Below are positions 8,580-17,176 of a stretch of DNA of 64,000 nt, in pieces; within the stretch, counting starts at the first letter, position 1; the number at the start of each line of letters is the position of its first letter. Source of the stretch: Sedimentisphaerales bacterium (GTDB lineage: Bacteria; Planctomycetota; Phycisphaerae; Sedimentisphaerales; UBA12454); NCBI GenBank assembly GCA_050014075.1, contig JBEKEA010000002.1, positions 26,860-90,859 on the forward strand. The letters are read 5' to 3'. The translations under genes were made by a program, and so were the position numbers. The notes beneath the pieces are model-generated. The model saw nothing but the letters and a program-made list of their open reading frames with translations, was not told the DNA's origin and made no database searches.

Positions 8580-10136
8580 ATGAATAAAATATCAAGCAAA
8601 TATTATGTCCCTTTAATCTGCATTGCCCTGGCATTTATAAACCTGGCGGTTTACTTGCAAGTCCTCAATCACGATTTCATCGACTTTGATGATGACCTGT
8701 ATGTTACTAAAAATACCAATGTGCAATCCGGCCTGACCTTAAAAGACATAAAATGGGCCTTCACAACGAACCAGGCGTATAATTGGCATCCATTGACTTG
8801 GATATCGCATATGCTGGATTGCCAGCTTTATGGTTTAAATCCTGCCGGCCATCACTTCACAAATGTAATTTTTCACATAGCGAATACCTTATTTTTATTT
8901 CTGGTCTTCAAACGTATGACCGGTAACTTATGGCAAAGTGCTTTTGTTGCAGCCCTGTTTTCTCTGCACCCGCTTCATGTTGAATCAGTTGCCTGGGTCT
9001 CGGAGCGAAAAGACGTCCTCAGCACCTTTTTCTTGTTGCTCACTATATGGTTTTACATACGCTACACTCATCACCGACGGCTCGCTGATTACCTGCTGGT
9101 TATGCTTACCTTAGCGCTAGGCCTAATGGCCAAACAAATGCTGGTAACACTACCGTTTGTTCTGCTTCTATTAGACTATTGGCCTCTGCAGCGATTTACA
9201 TGGCCGTTAAAACAAAAAAAACATAAAGGTACATCTGCAACAACTTCACTTTCTCGCTGCTTCGTGGAGAAAGTGCCCTTTTTGGCTTTGTCTTTTATCG
9301 CAAGTCTAATCGTTCTTTATGTCCAATCAAAAGCTACGCTTGTAAGAAGCACAATTCAGATGCCAATCGTTTTTCGCATTGCAAATGCAATTCTTGCTTA
9401 TACAAAATATATCACAGAGATGTTCTGGCCCTTTCATTTGGGGATTCTTTATCCATACCCACAGACCAATCCTCAACTGTGGCAGGTTTTGACCGCTGGC
9501 TTACTGCTTCTGTGCATCACTGCCATAGTGTTCCGTTTGTCCCGCAACCGTCGCTGGCTCATAGTTGGATGGCTCTGGTACCTTGGAACCCTCGTTCCCG
9601 TAATCGGACTGGTGCAGGTCGGACTTCAGTCAATGGCTGACCGCTACACCTATGTCCCTTTCATTGGTCTATTCATCATCATTACATGGGGCGCCGCCGA
9701 ACTTATTGCAAAACTAAAATACAAGAATATTATCTTTGCAGCAGGTGCCGGGGTGGTGCTCCTGGTTTTATCGGTACTCACTTGGCTGCAACTGTCATAC
9801 TGGGAAAATAGCATTACATTGCTTGAGCATACCGTAGCTGTCACTGCCAACAATGATATTATACACTACAACCTGGGCATACTGCTGATAGAGCAAGGCA
9901 AGACTGACCAGGCCATTGAACATTGGCTTGAAGCCGTAAGAATCAGGCCTGAACAGCCGACAATTCACAATAATCTTGCGATTTTATTTGCTAAGCAGGG
10001 CAAAATCGAGGAGGCAATCCAACAATATCGCCAGGTGCTCAAATACAGACCTAACGATACCGTCGCATATAACCGCCTTAAAGCCCTCTTGGCCGCTCAA
10101 GAGAAATCTGCTGCCGAAGACAAAACTCCGAAATAA
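8580..10136 (+). CDS. TMTC/DUF1736-type GT-C glycosyltransferase with TPR repeats, paralog 4
   Basis: 518 aa, with FIDFDDDLYV, HPLHVESVAWVSERKDVLSTFF and a C-terminal TPR region. No SD is visible upstream; it abuts the polA-remnant ORF. Confidence 0.8.
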   Translation: MNKISSKYYVPLICIALAFINLAVYLQVLNHDFIDFDDDLYVTKNTNVQSGLTLKDIKWAFTTNQAYNWHPLTWISHMLDCQLYGLNPAGHHFTNVIFHIANTLFLFLVFKRMTGNLWQSAFVAALFSLHPLHVESVAWVSERKDVLSTFFLLLTIWFYIRYTHHRRLADYLLVMLTLALGLMAKQMLVTLPFVLLLLDYWPLQRFTWPLKQKKHKGTSATTSLSRCFVEKVPFLALSFIASLIVLYVQSKATLVRSTIQMPIVFRIANAILAYTKYITEMFWPFHLGILYPYPQTNPQLWQVLTAGLLLLCITAIVFRLSRNRRWLIVGWLWYLGTLVPVIGLVQVGLQSMADRYTYVPFIGLFIIITWGAAELIAKLKYKNIIFAAGAGVVLLVLSVLTWLQLSYWENSITLLEHTVAVTANNDIIHYNLGILLIEQGKTDQAIEHWLEAVRIRPEQPTIHNNLAILFAKQGKIEEAIQQYRQVLKYRPNDTVAYNRLKALLAAQEKSAAEDKTPK

Positions 10137-10179
10137 GTCAGTTAAGTTACACTTTGCAGGCAGCCCTTTGCTTATTACC

Positions 10180-10208
10180 TTGACATCGCACCGGACAATA
10201 AATAAAGT
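10180..10208 (+). promoter_or_regulatory. putative polA promoter, near-leaderless
   Basis: TTGACA (10180-10185), 17 nt, TAAAGT (10203-10208). Only 8 nt (TATCAGCT) separate the -10 box from the ATG at 10217, and there is no SD. Confidence 0.5.
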
Positions 10209-10216
10209 TATCAGCT

Positions 10217-12931
10217 ATGGCAAAAACCTTATATATAATTGACGGTCACGCACACATTTATGCGGCGTATTATGCGCCAATGAGTCAGAAACTTTCCAGC
10301 CCGACAGGTGAGCCTACCAAAGCCACATATATTTTCACCACGATGATTTTGAAACTTCTCGAAACAAAAAAGCCGGATATGCTCGTTGTCGCGATGGATT
10401 CCAAAGAGCCAAGTTTCCGTGCGGAAATTTACAAAGAATACAAGGCACACAGGCAGCCGATGCCTGAAGATATGCCAAAGCAGATAAATCGCATCGAGCA
10501 GATTCTTGAAGCAATGAATATCCCAATTATCCGCAAAAGCACATTCGAGGCCGACGACATAATCGGGACACTGGCGGCTAAAGCCGTAAAAGCCGGCATT
10601 GATACTTATATCTGCTCCAAAGACAAAGATATGCTCCAGCTTCTTGAGATTGGCGTTCATATATATGATGTAAAAACAGACGCTGTAACTGATGCCAAAT
10701 CATTTAAGCAGGAAACCGGCTTTGAGCCGCGGCAGTTTATCGATGTCCTTGCGCTGCAGGGCGATGCGAGCGATAACGTGCCCGGCGTTCCGGATGTCGG
10801 ACCAAAAACAGCCATTGAATGGATAAAACAATATGGCTCGCTTGAAGGCCTTTACGAACACGCCGATGAAATTAAAGGCAAACGCGGCGATAACCTGCGA
10901 AACTCAAAGGACATGGCGTTTCTCAGCAGAAAACTTGTAACAATAAATTGCGATATGCCCGTTGAAATCGACCAGAAGAATTTTGCCGTCAAAGAACCTG
11001 ATAAAGAAAAACTTACTGCGGTTTTCACAGGACTTGGCTTTAACAGGCTTTTAGGCCAGCTCAGCCTATCGCAGACCGAAACGCAAACTGAGGAAATTCG
11101 TAATAAAGACGGTTTCAACTCGATAAAAACTGTTAAACATAATTATCATTTAATTGACTCGCCTGAAAAACTCGATGATTTTTCCGCAAAGTTAAAAGAA
11201 CAAAAACTGTTTGCTGTCGATACCGAAACAACCTCAATATCTGCACATCGTGCCGAGCTTGTTGGAATAAGTATATCCTGGGAGGCTCATAACGCATATT
11301 ATATTGCCGTCAAAGGACCGATGGGGGCAAAATGCCTGGGTCTGTCGGTTGTGAAAGGGAAACTCGCGGCGATTTTCGCGGATGAAAAAATAAAAAAAAT
11401 CTGCCAGAACGCAAAATACGATATGATTGTTCTGCACAATTCCGATATGCCCGTTAAAGGCCTTGTATTCGATACTATGATAGCTTCCTATGTCCTCGAT
11501 GCCGAGAGAAGAAGTCATTCGCTCGATAATATGGCGTTGGATTTTCTTAACTATCGCAGCATTCCGATTTTCGACCTGATTGGCAAAGGCAAAAATCAAA
11601 TGAGCTTCGAGCTGGTCGATACGGCATCGGCCTGCGATTACTCCTGCGAAGACGCTGATTTTACATTTCAGCTTTATCACTACTTGGGCGAAAAACTTGA
11701 AAAAGAGCCAAAGCTAAAACATCTCTTCGAAAAAATTGAAATGCCTCTTGTCGAAGTCTTAACCACAATGGAGCTTAACGGCGTAAAAGTCGATATCCAG
11801 ATTCTCAGGCAGTTGTCAATTGAGATAAATAATCTGCTCGATCAGGTAACTGAAAAAATCCACAAACTTGCCGGCAGCGCATTCAATATAGATTCGCCCA
11901 AGCAGCTTTCCGATATATTATTCGACAAACTCGGCTTAAAATCAGTGCGAGAGGGCAAAACAGGCCATAGCACCGATGCCGACGTCCTCGAGGAACTGGC
12001 CGGCGAACATCCAATTATCGAACAGATTCTTCAGCAACGCCAGTTAAGCAAACTCAAGAATACTTATACTGACAAACTCGGTGCGCTGATAAATCCGCGA
12101 ACCGGCAGGGTGCACGCAAGTTTCAACCAGACAATTACCGCTACCGGCAGACTCAGTTCTTCCGACCCCAATTTGCAGAACATCCCCATTCGCACGGATA
12201 TAGGCAAAAAAATTCGTTCCGCGTTCGTGCCGGAGAAAAAAACAGATAAAATCGTCAGCCTCGACTATTCGCAGATTGAGCTTCGTATGGTTGCGCATTT
12301 CAGCGGCGACAAGGAATTAAAAAAAGCTTTCGAACAGGATAAGGACATTCACAGTTTTGTCGCCTCGCAGATTTACAACGTGGACATAAAAGACGTAACG
12401 AGCGAAATGCGGTCACGCTGCAAGGCAGTCAATTTCGGCCTGATTTACGGGCAGGGAGCCTTTGGCTTGAGCCGGACTACGGGTATGAACGTCGGCGAGT
12501 CGAAAAAATTCATCGAAGAATATTTCGCAAAATACAGCTCAATTCAGAAATTTAAAAAAGATGCGATAGAGACAGCCATAAAAACCGGCTATGCTGAAAC
12601 CATTTGCGGCAGAAGGAGAACAATTACCGGCCTGGACAGCAAAAACGGCAATGTACGTTCGCAGGCGGAAAGACTGGTGATAAATACGCTGGTTCAGGGT
12701 TCTGCCGCCGATTTGATTAAAATCGCGATGATAACGATTCAGAAAAAAATTGAGAACGAAAACCTGCCTGCGAAAATGATTTTACAGATTCACGATGAGC
12801 TGGTTTTTGAAGCTGACGGGAAACAGGCAAAAAAACTCGCTGATATTTTCGGCGATGAAATGACCGGCGCGATAAAACTTAATGTTCCGCTCAAAGTCGA
12901 TATTACAATTGGCGATAGCTGGCTCGGATAA
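10217..12931 (+). CDS. polA: DNA polymerase I
   Basis: 904 aa with three regions: a 5'-3' exonuclease N-terminus (LYIIDGHAHIYAAYYA), a 3'-5' exonuclease region (FAVDTETTS), and polymerase motifs (DYSQIELRMVAH, QVHDELVFE-like QIHDELVFE). Confidence 0.97.
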   Translation: MAKTLYIIDGHAHIYAAYYAPMSQKLSSPTGEPTKATYIFTTMILKLLETKKPDMLVVAMDSKEPSFRAEIYKEYKAHRQPMPEDMPKQINRIEQILEAMNIPIIRKSTFEADDIIGTLAAKAVKAGIDTYICSKDKDMLQLLEIGVHIYDVKTDAVTDAKSFKQETGFEPRQFIDVLALQGDASDNVPGVPDVGPKTAIEWIKQYGSLEGLYEHADEIKGKRGDNLRNSKDMAFLSRKLVTINCDMPVEIDQKNFAVKEPDKEKLTAVFTGLGFNRLLGQLSLSQTETQTEEIRNKDGFNSIKTVKHNYHLIDSPEKLDDFSAKLKEQKLFAVDTETTSISAHRAELVGISISWEAHNAYYIAVKGPMGAKCLGLSVVKGKLAAIFADEKIKKICQNAKYDMIVLHNSDMPVKGLVFDTMIASYVLDAERRSHSLDNMALDFLNYRSIPIFDLIGKGKNQMSFELVDTASACDYSCEDADFTFQLYHYLGEKLEKEPKLKHLFEKIEMPLVEVLTTMELNGVKVDIQILRQLSIEINNLLDQVTEKIHKLAGSAFNIDSPKQLSDILFDKLGLKSVREGKTGHSTDADVLEELAGEHPIIEQILQQRQLSKLKNTYTDKLGALINPRTGRVHASFNQTITATGRLSSSDPNLQNIPIRTDIGKKIRSAFVPEKKTDKIVSLDYSQIELRMVAHFSGDKELKKAFEQDKDIHSFVASQIYNVDIKDVTSEMRSRCKAVNFGLIYGQGAFGLSRTTGMNVGESKKFIEEYFAKYSSIQKFKKDAIETAIKTGYAETICGRRRTITGLDSKNGNVRSQAERLVINTLVQGSAADLIKIAMITIQKKIENENLPAKMILQIHDELVFEADGKQAKKLADIFGDEMTGAIKLNVPLKVDITIGDSWLG

Positions 12932-12938
12932 GGCTCTA

Positions 12939-13835
12939 TTATTGTAAATCGCTAAAGGAAATAAGCTTGATATTATTTTCTTTAATACAATTCTTTATGT
13001 CGTTATCACACAAAACCTGAGCATCGAATTCATTGAACGCGGGCAGTTCATCAGAGGATTGTTCATTATATTTCGGGTGAAAGCCCATTTCAGATGTTCC
13101 ATAGGGAAGCGCTTTAAGGCATTGGATAACTCTTTCCTTTAACCCTTTTGGTGGAGTGGGTATGAGATAAGCTAAAGTAATAAATCTGTCCGGCGTAAGC
13201 AGTCCGTCCTTTCTCATAATTGAATGAGCGACCGCCCGTCTATTTGCCCTTCGAAATTTCATAAAATTCAATAATATCTTTTCCAGTTTGCAATAAATAT
13301 TTGCATTGGGGGCTGTCCAATATAATCCGTTATTTGTTCTGGCTGCGGGAATCCCATAGAGCTTGTGCAATTTTATTAAGGCCGCTCTCACGGCGGGTCT
13401 TCTATGAGTTCCATTGTGGCTGTCAAAATGTGTAATATGCACTCCCAAATCCAAAGCCCGCAATAATTGCGCTTCAAGTTCTCTGTAAACTTGTTCTTTT
13501 GCCTTGTCGTTGGATAGAAGATTTTTATGTTGTTTTGAAGCAGCCAGGAAATTACCTTGGAAATCTATTAAATTGTCAACTTTGTCGGGGTCGGTTAGAG
13601 GTTTTCCTTCCGTGAGATTTAAATGCAGCCCGATGGAAAGATTAGGAAATGCTTTAGCTCTCGAAATAGCATACTCTGCGGCCGGCATATTGCTCATTAA
13701 AGTGGCACTGGTTATTATGCCGTTGATATGACAATCAATTATGGCATCAGTAGTACCTTTGGAAAGCCCAAAGTCGTCGGCATTGACGATCAGTTTTTTA
13801 ACGTTAGTAAAATTCATCGCGGATAACATAAACAA
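12939..13835 (-). CDS. ChbG/YdjC-family carbohydrate deacetylase
   Basis: Contains LIVNADDFGLSKGTTDAIIDCHINGIITSATLM, HLNLTEGKPL and HFDSHNGTH, the YdjC-like pattern. The start may instead be the ATG at 13817. Confidence 0.75.
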   Translation of the reverse strand: MFMLSAMNFTNVKKLIVNADDFGLSKGTTDAIIDCHINGIITSATLMSNMPAAEYAISRAKAFPNLSIGLHLNLTEGKPLTDPDKVDNLIDFQGNFLAASKQHKNLLSNDKAKEQVYRELEAQLLRALDLGVHITHFDSHNGTHRRPAVRAALIKLHKLYGIPAARTNNGLYWTAPNANIYCKLEKILLNFMKFRRANRRAVAHSIMRKDGLLTPDRFITLAYLIPTPPKGLKERVIQCLKALPYGTSEMGFHPKYNEQSSDELPAFNEFDAQVLCDNDIKNCIKENNIKLISFSDLQ

Positions 13836-13960
13836 AAACAGGTCTAAAATCCAGCTTTTACTGGAACTATTTTAAGGTTTTACGAATACTTGTTTTTATC
13901 GCAAATATAGGATAAACTGCGGAGTCGGTTTTTTATCGTTAACTTTAAAAGAGAAATTGT

Positions 13961-14191
13961 ATGGGAAATTTCCCTGAAAATATTGGTAAAATGCTGATTT
14001 TTATGGGGGCGGTTCTGCTTTTTGCGGGAGCGGCTTTTCTTGTCCTGGGCAAAATCGGGTTTTTCCGCCTGCCCGGCGACGTAGAAGTCGGCGGCAAAAA
14101 CTGGCGTCTGTTTTTTCCGATTACCAGCAGTATTATCATTTCTATTGTTCTTACGCTTGTTTTATGGCTGATTAGCTGCCTGAGAAAATAA
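13961..14191 (+). CDS. DUF2905-family small membrane protein
   Basis: 76 aa with two TM segments and a central RLPGDVEVGGKNW motif typical of DUF2905. Confidence 0.65.
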   Translation: MGNFPENIGKMLIFMGAVLLFAGAAFLVLGKIGFFRLPGDVEVGGKNWRLFFPITSSIIISIVLTLVLWLISCLRK

Positions 14192-14198
14192 ATAAATT

Positions 14199-15443
14199 AT
14201 GCTCCAACTATTCAAAGACAAGAATTTACTGAAGCTCTGTTTTGCAGCGTTCTTTATGAGCGCCTGCCTGCAATTGGTCAGTATTGTGCTCCCCTTTGCG
14301 GTAAAGGCTATAAACGGCAGCGATACCGATGTCGGCCTGTGTTTTATGGCGCAGATGGGCACTTATGTTATTTTTTGTATACTGGCTGTTTTAATAATCG
14401 ACAAACTCAACCCCAAAAAAGTTCTGCTGATAGCCGCCGGTGCAGAAATTATTGTTTCATTGGGCTTTCTTGCGACAGTCAAATACGGAAACAGTAACGG
14501 CATATTCTTTAGTCCTGTAACACGGCTGATTATCCTGATGTCAATGAACGGAATCATCACAGCATTTTTCTGGCCGACGATGATGGGCTGGATTTCAACC
14601 GGTCACGAAGGACTTGAGCTTACAAAAAGATTCGGCTTTTATAACGTAACCTGGGGAATGGCAAATACGGCTCTGCCGATTGTCGGCGGGTATCTTATGG
14701 AAGTCAATTATCCATGGCCGCTGGCGCTGGCGGTTGTTTTCGCAGTCCTTTGTTTAATATCACTTTTTCCGACAAGGCATACGAGTCAAATTCCGGCAAT
14801 GCACCAAAATATCACCGATGACGCCGGCCGGCAGATACCGCTGGAAAACAGGTCTTTTGTCTGGATATCGCGAGTCGCTCTTTTTACTACATTAGTATGC
14901 GTTGGCATTTTCAGGAGCCAGCTTGGAATTTTGTATAAATTTCAGCTTGGATTTGCCGAATCTACTTACGGCTGGTCGGTTTCGCTTATGTGCCTTTTTA
15001 ATATTGCGGTTTTTTATATGATGGGCAAAAGCCACTATTGGCATTATAAGAAGGCACTCTACGCGGCAGCACAAGTTTCAATTATTGGCTGTATGGCGAT
15101 GATGATTATATGCAAAAGCCTCCCGCTGCAATTGCTCGCATCCGGTATGGCAGGGGTTTGGTATGGATACGTTTACAGTTCACATCAGTATTACGGCGTT
15201 TCAGGCAGCAAAAAACGTTCCAACCTCATGGCCGTGCACGAAACAATTATCGGCGCAGGTTTCGCAACGGGTTCTTTATTCGGCGGGATATTAAGCGATG
15301 CCTTCGGCAGATATTCGCCATACTGGTTTGGCTGTGCAGTTATTGTCGCAGGAGGATTAGTCCAGATAGTCTTGTGGTTTATTGCCCGCAGACCTGCTCA
15401 GATTTCCTCGAAGGAAGAAACATCTGTTTTTACATCGCCGTAA
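14199..15443 (+). CDS. MFS transporter
   Basis: 414 aa with about 12 hydrophobic segments and the MFS-like two-halves organisation. Confidence 0.7.
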   Translation: MLQLFKDKNLLKLCFAAFFMSACLQLVSIVLPFAVKAINGSDTDVGLCFMAQMGTYVIFCILAVLIIDKLNPKKVLLIAAGAEIIVSLGFLATVKYGNSNGIFFSPVTRLIILMSMNGIITAFFWPTMMGWISTGHEGLELTKRFGFYNVTWGMANTALPIVGGYLMEVNYPWPLALAVVFAVLCLISLFPTRHTSQIPAMHQNITDDAGRQIPLENRSFVWISRVALFTTLVCVGIFRSQLGILYKFQLGFAESTYGWSVSLMCLFNIAVFYMMGKSHYWHYKKALYAAAQVSIIGCMAMMIICKSLPLQLLASGMAGVWYGYVYSSHQYYGVSGSKKRSNLMAVHETIIGAGFATGSLFGGILSDAFGRYSPYWFGCAVIVAGGLVQIVLWFIARRPAQISSKEETSVFTSP

Positions 15444-15455
15444 GGCGATTCCTCA

Positions 15456-15487
15456 CTATTAACTATCAACTACCAACTATCAACTAT
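15456..15487. repeat. heptad tandem element, TAYCAAC unit
   Basis: Reads tattaac tatcaac taccaac tatcaac tat, starting 13 nt after the MFS stop. Confidence 0.85.
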
Positions 15488-15519
15488 AAGAAGTTTCACC
15501 CGCGAGGGTGAAACTTCTT
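15488..15519. terminator. perfect 14-bp-stem palindrome, candidate bidirectional terminator overlapping the xerD stop
   Basis: AAGAAGTTTCACCC (15488-15501), loop GCGA, GGGTGAAACTTCTT (15506-15519). It lies between the convergent MFS and xerD genes and encodes the last xerD codons (KKFHPRG). Confidence 0.6.
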
Positions 15520-16431
15520 ATGAATACTCCGCAGTCTTTCCATGTCAACGTGAGTATATATCTGCGTTGTCGCAATATCGACGTGCCCGAGCATCTCCTG
15601 CACGCTGCGCAAATCCGCTCCGCCGCTTAAAAGATGAGTCGCAAAGCAATGCCGAAGAGTATGCGTCGTCATCTGCTTTGGTAATCCCGCCCGGCAGGCG
15701 TATTTTTTTACAATTCGCCAGAGTTCAATTCTGCTAAGTGCTCTGCCCGTTCGCGAAAGGAACAGGGCGTCGCCGCTGCAAGGCTTGGCCAGTTTCCCTC
15801 GAAATTGCTCGATATATTGTTCAATAGCCCCAATCGCGGCATGGTTGAGAGGAATTACCCGTTCCTTTTTACCTTTGCCCAGGCATCGGACATATCCGAT
15901 TTTAAGATTCGCATCGCCAATTTTCAGCCCCGCGACTTCGCTCGCCCTTGCGCCGGTAGCGTAAAGTAATTCGAGAAGGGCACGGTCTCTGAAATAATAA
16001 GGCTCTTTCTCATCCGGACAGTCCATCAGTTTTGTAACCTGGTCTTTGCTGCAAACAATTGGAAGTTTCTGCCAAAGCTTTGGGCTTTCAAGAAATACTG
16101 TTAAATCGTCCTTGATGTGTCCCATCATTTTGCAGTAGCGCAGAAACATTTTCAGCGCGACTACCGAGCGGTTAATCGAGGCTTCTGCTTTATTTTGGCG
16201 GGCAAGGACCTTTGCGTAATCATAAAACTCAGCTGTAGTAATCTTATCAGGCTTCTTAATCCCTTTCGAAAGGCAAAATATGACAAATTCCCGCAGGTCT
16301 CTGCCATAGCCGAGGATGGTGTTTTCGCTAAGGCCGGCTTCGACGGTCAGGTAATTTAGGAATGCCAGCACCGTCTTTCCAAACGGCTCAGCATCTAAAA
16401 CTGTATTAAGATTCTGCACTTGTAACGACAT
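15496..16431 (-). CDS. xerD: tyrosine site-specific recombinase, XerD/XerC-like
   Basis: 311 aa with an N-terminal SAM-like core-binding domain (FLNYLTVEAGLSENTILGYGRDLREF) and a catalytic region (HTLRHCFATHLLSGGADLRSVQEMLGHVDIATTQIYTHV). Confidence 0.85.
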   Translation of the reverse strand: MSLQVQNLNTVLDAEPFGKTVLAFLNYLTVEAGLSENTILGYGRDLREFVIFCLSKGIKKPDKITTAEFYDYAKVLARQNKAEASINRSVVALKMFLRYCKMMGHIKDDLTVFLESPKLWQKLPIVCSKDQVTKLMDCPDEKEPYYFRDRALLELLYATGARASEVAGLKIGDANLKIGYVRCLGKGKKERVIPLNHAAIGAIEQYIEQFRGKLAKPCSGDALFLSRTGRALSRIELWRIVKKYACRAGLPKQMTTHTLRHCFATHLLSGGADLRSVQEMLGHVDIATTQIYTHVDMERLRSIHKKFHPRG

Positions 16432-16563
16432 ATTATGATAAAGTCCGATAAATTACGGTTTTTATGCTAATTTTAGGCAATTGTTTCATTGCTCTATGTT
16501 TTGTTTCGACAAAAGCACTCACTTTCCCTTAATATAAAGTTCAAAATGATAGAGAAGCAATAA

Positions 16564-16854
16564 ATGACACTATTTTATGTTTATTTCCTTGCGAGTTGTA
16601 AAAATGGCTATCTTTATATTGGCGTAACAAAAGATTTGATTGGCAGGGTTAGAAAACACAAAAATAATTCTCTCGATGGTTATGCAAAAAAACTCGGAAT
16701 TCACAATCTTGTTTACTATGAAACTTTTGATGATATTAACAAAGCCATTGCTCGCGAAAAGCAGTTAAAAAAATGGAAAAGGCAGTGGAAGATTAAATTA
16801 ATCGAAAAGGATAATTCCGACTGGAAAGATTTATATCCCAATTTAACCCTTTAG
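16564..16854 (+). CDS. stand-alone GIY-YIG nuclease-domain protein
   Basis: 96 aa with YVYFLASCKNGYLYIGVTKDLIGRVRKHK...YYE...AIAREKQLKKWKRQWK, the GIY-YIG (UPF0213-like) pattern. Confidence 0.9.
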   Translation: MTLFYVYFLASCKNGYLYIGVTKDLIGRVRKHKNNSLDGYAKKLGIHNLVYYETFDDINKAIAREKQLKKWKRQWKIKLIEKDNSDWKDLYPNLTL

Positions 16855-17100
16855 GATGATTCCTGCGTTCGCCAGGAATTTCTTCCTTGAAGCACCTTCT
16901 CTGGAGGTCATTCCCGAGAAGGTACTTCTTTGAATCCGCTACAGGGAATTCTTCCTTGAAGTATCTTCAATGCAGTGTCATTCCTGAGAACCTGCATCTT
17001 TGGCTCCACTACAAGGAACATCCGGCATTTCACCGTATTATCACTTGCTTATATAACTTCCTCAGATATAAATCATTCCTTGAGGAAGCAACATCGAATT
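16855..17100. repeat. degenerate tandem hairpin-repeat array immediately 3' of the GIY-YIG gene
   Basis: Hairpin ATTCCTG (16859-16865) pairs with CAGGAAT (16873-16879). GTCATTCC(C/T)GAGAA repeats at about 16907 and 16977, 70-nt spacing. AATT(T)CTTCCTTGAAG occurs twice. Hairpin CTTCCTCA (17057-17064) pairs with TGAGGAAG (17081-17088). Confidence 0.7.
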
Positions 17101-17176
17101 TTTAACTATGAAATACTTACAGGTTAGTTCTATGTAGTTTTGAAACCAGTTGTAGCTAAGTAGTAGAAAGAAAAAA

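Noticed and set aside
16887-17105. 72-aa ORF downstream of the GIY-YIG gene
   Set aside because: It lies wholly within the degenerate tandem hairpin array and has no SD. Its sequence reflects the repeat units (SFPRRYFFESATGNSSLKYL...).
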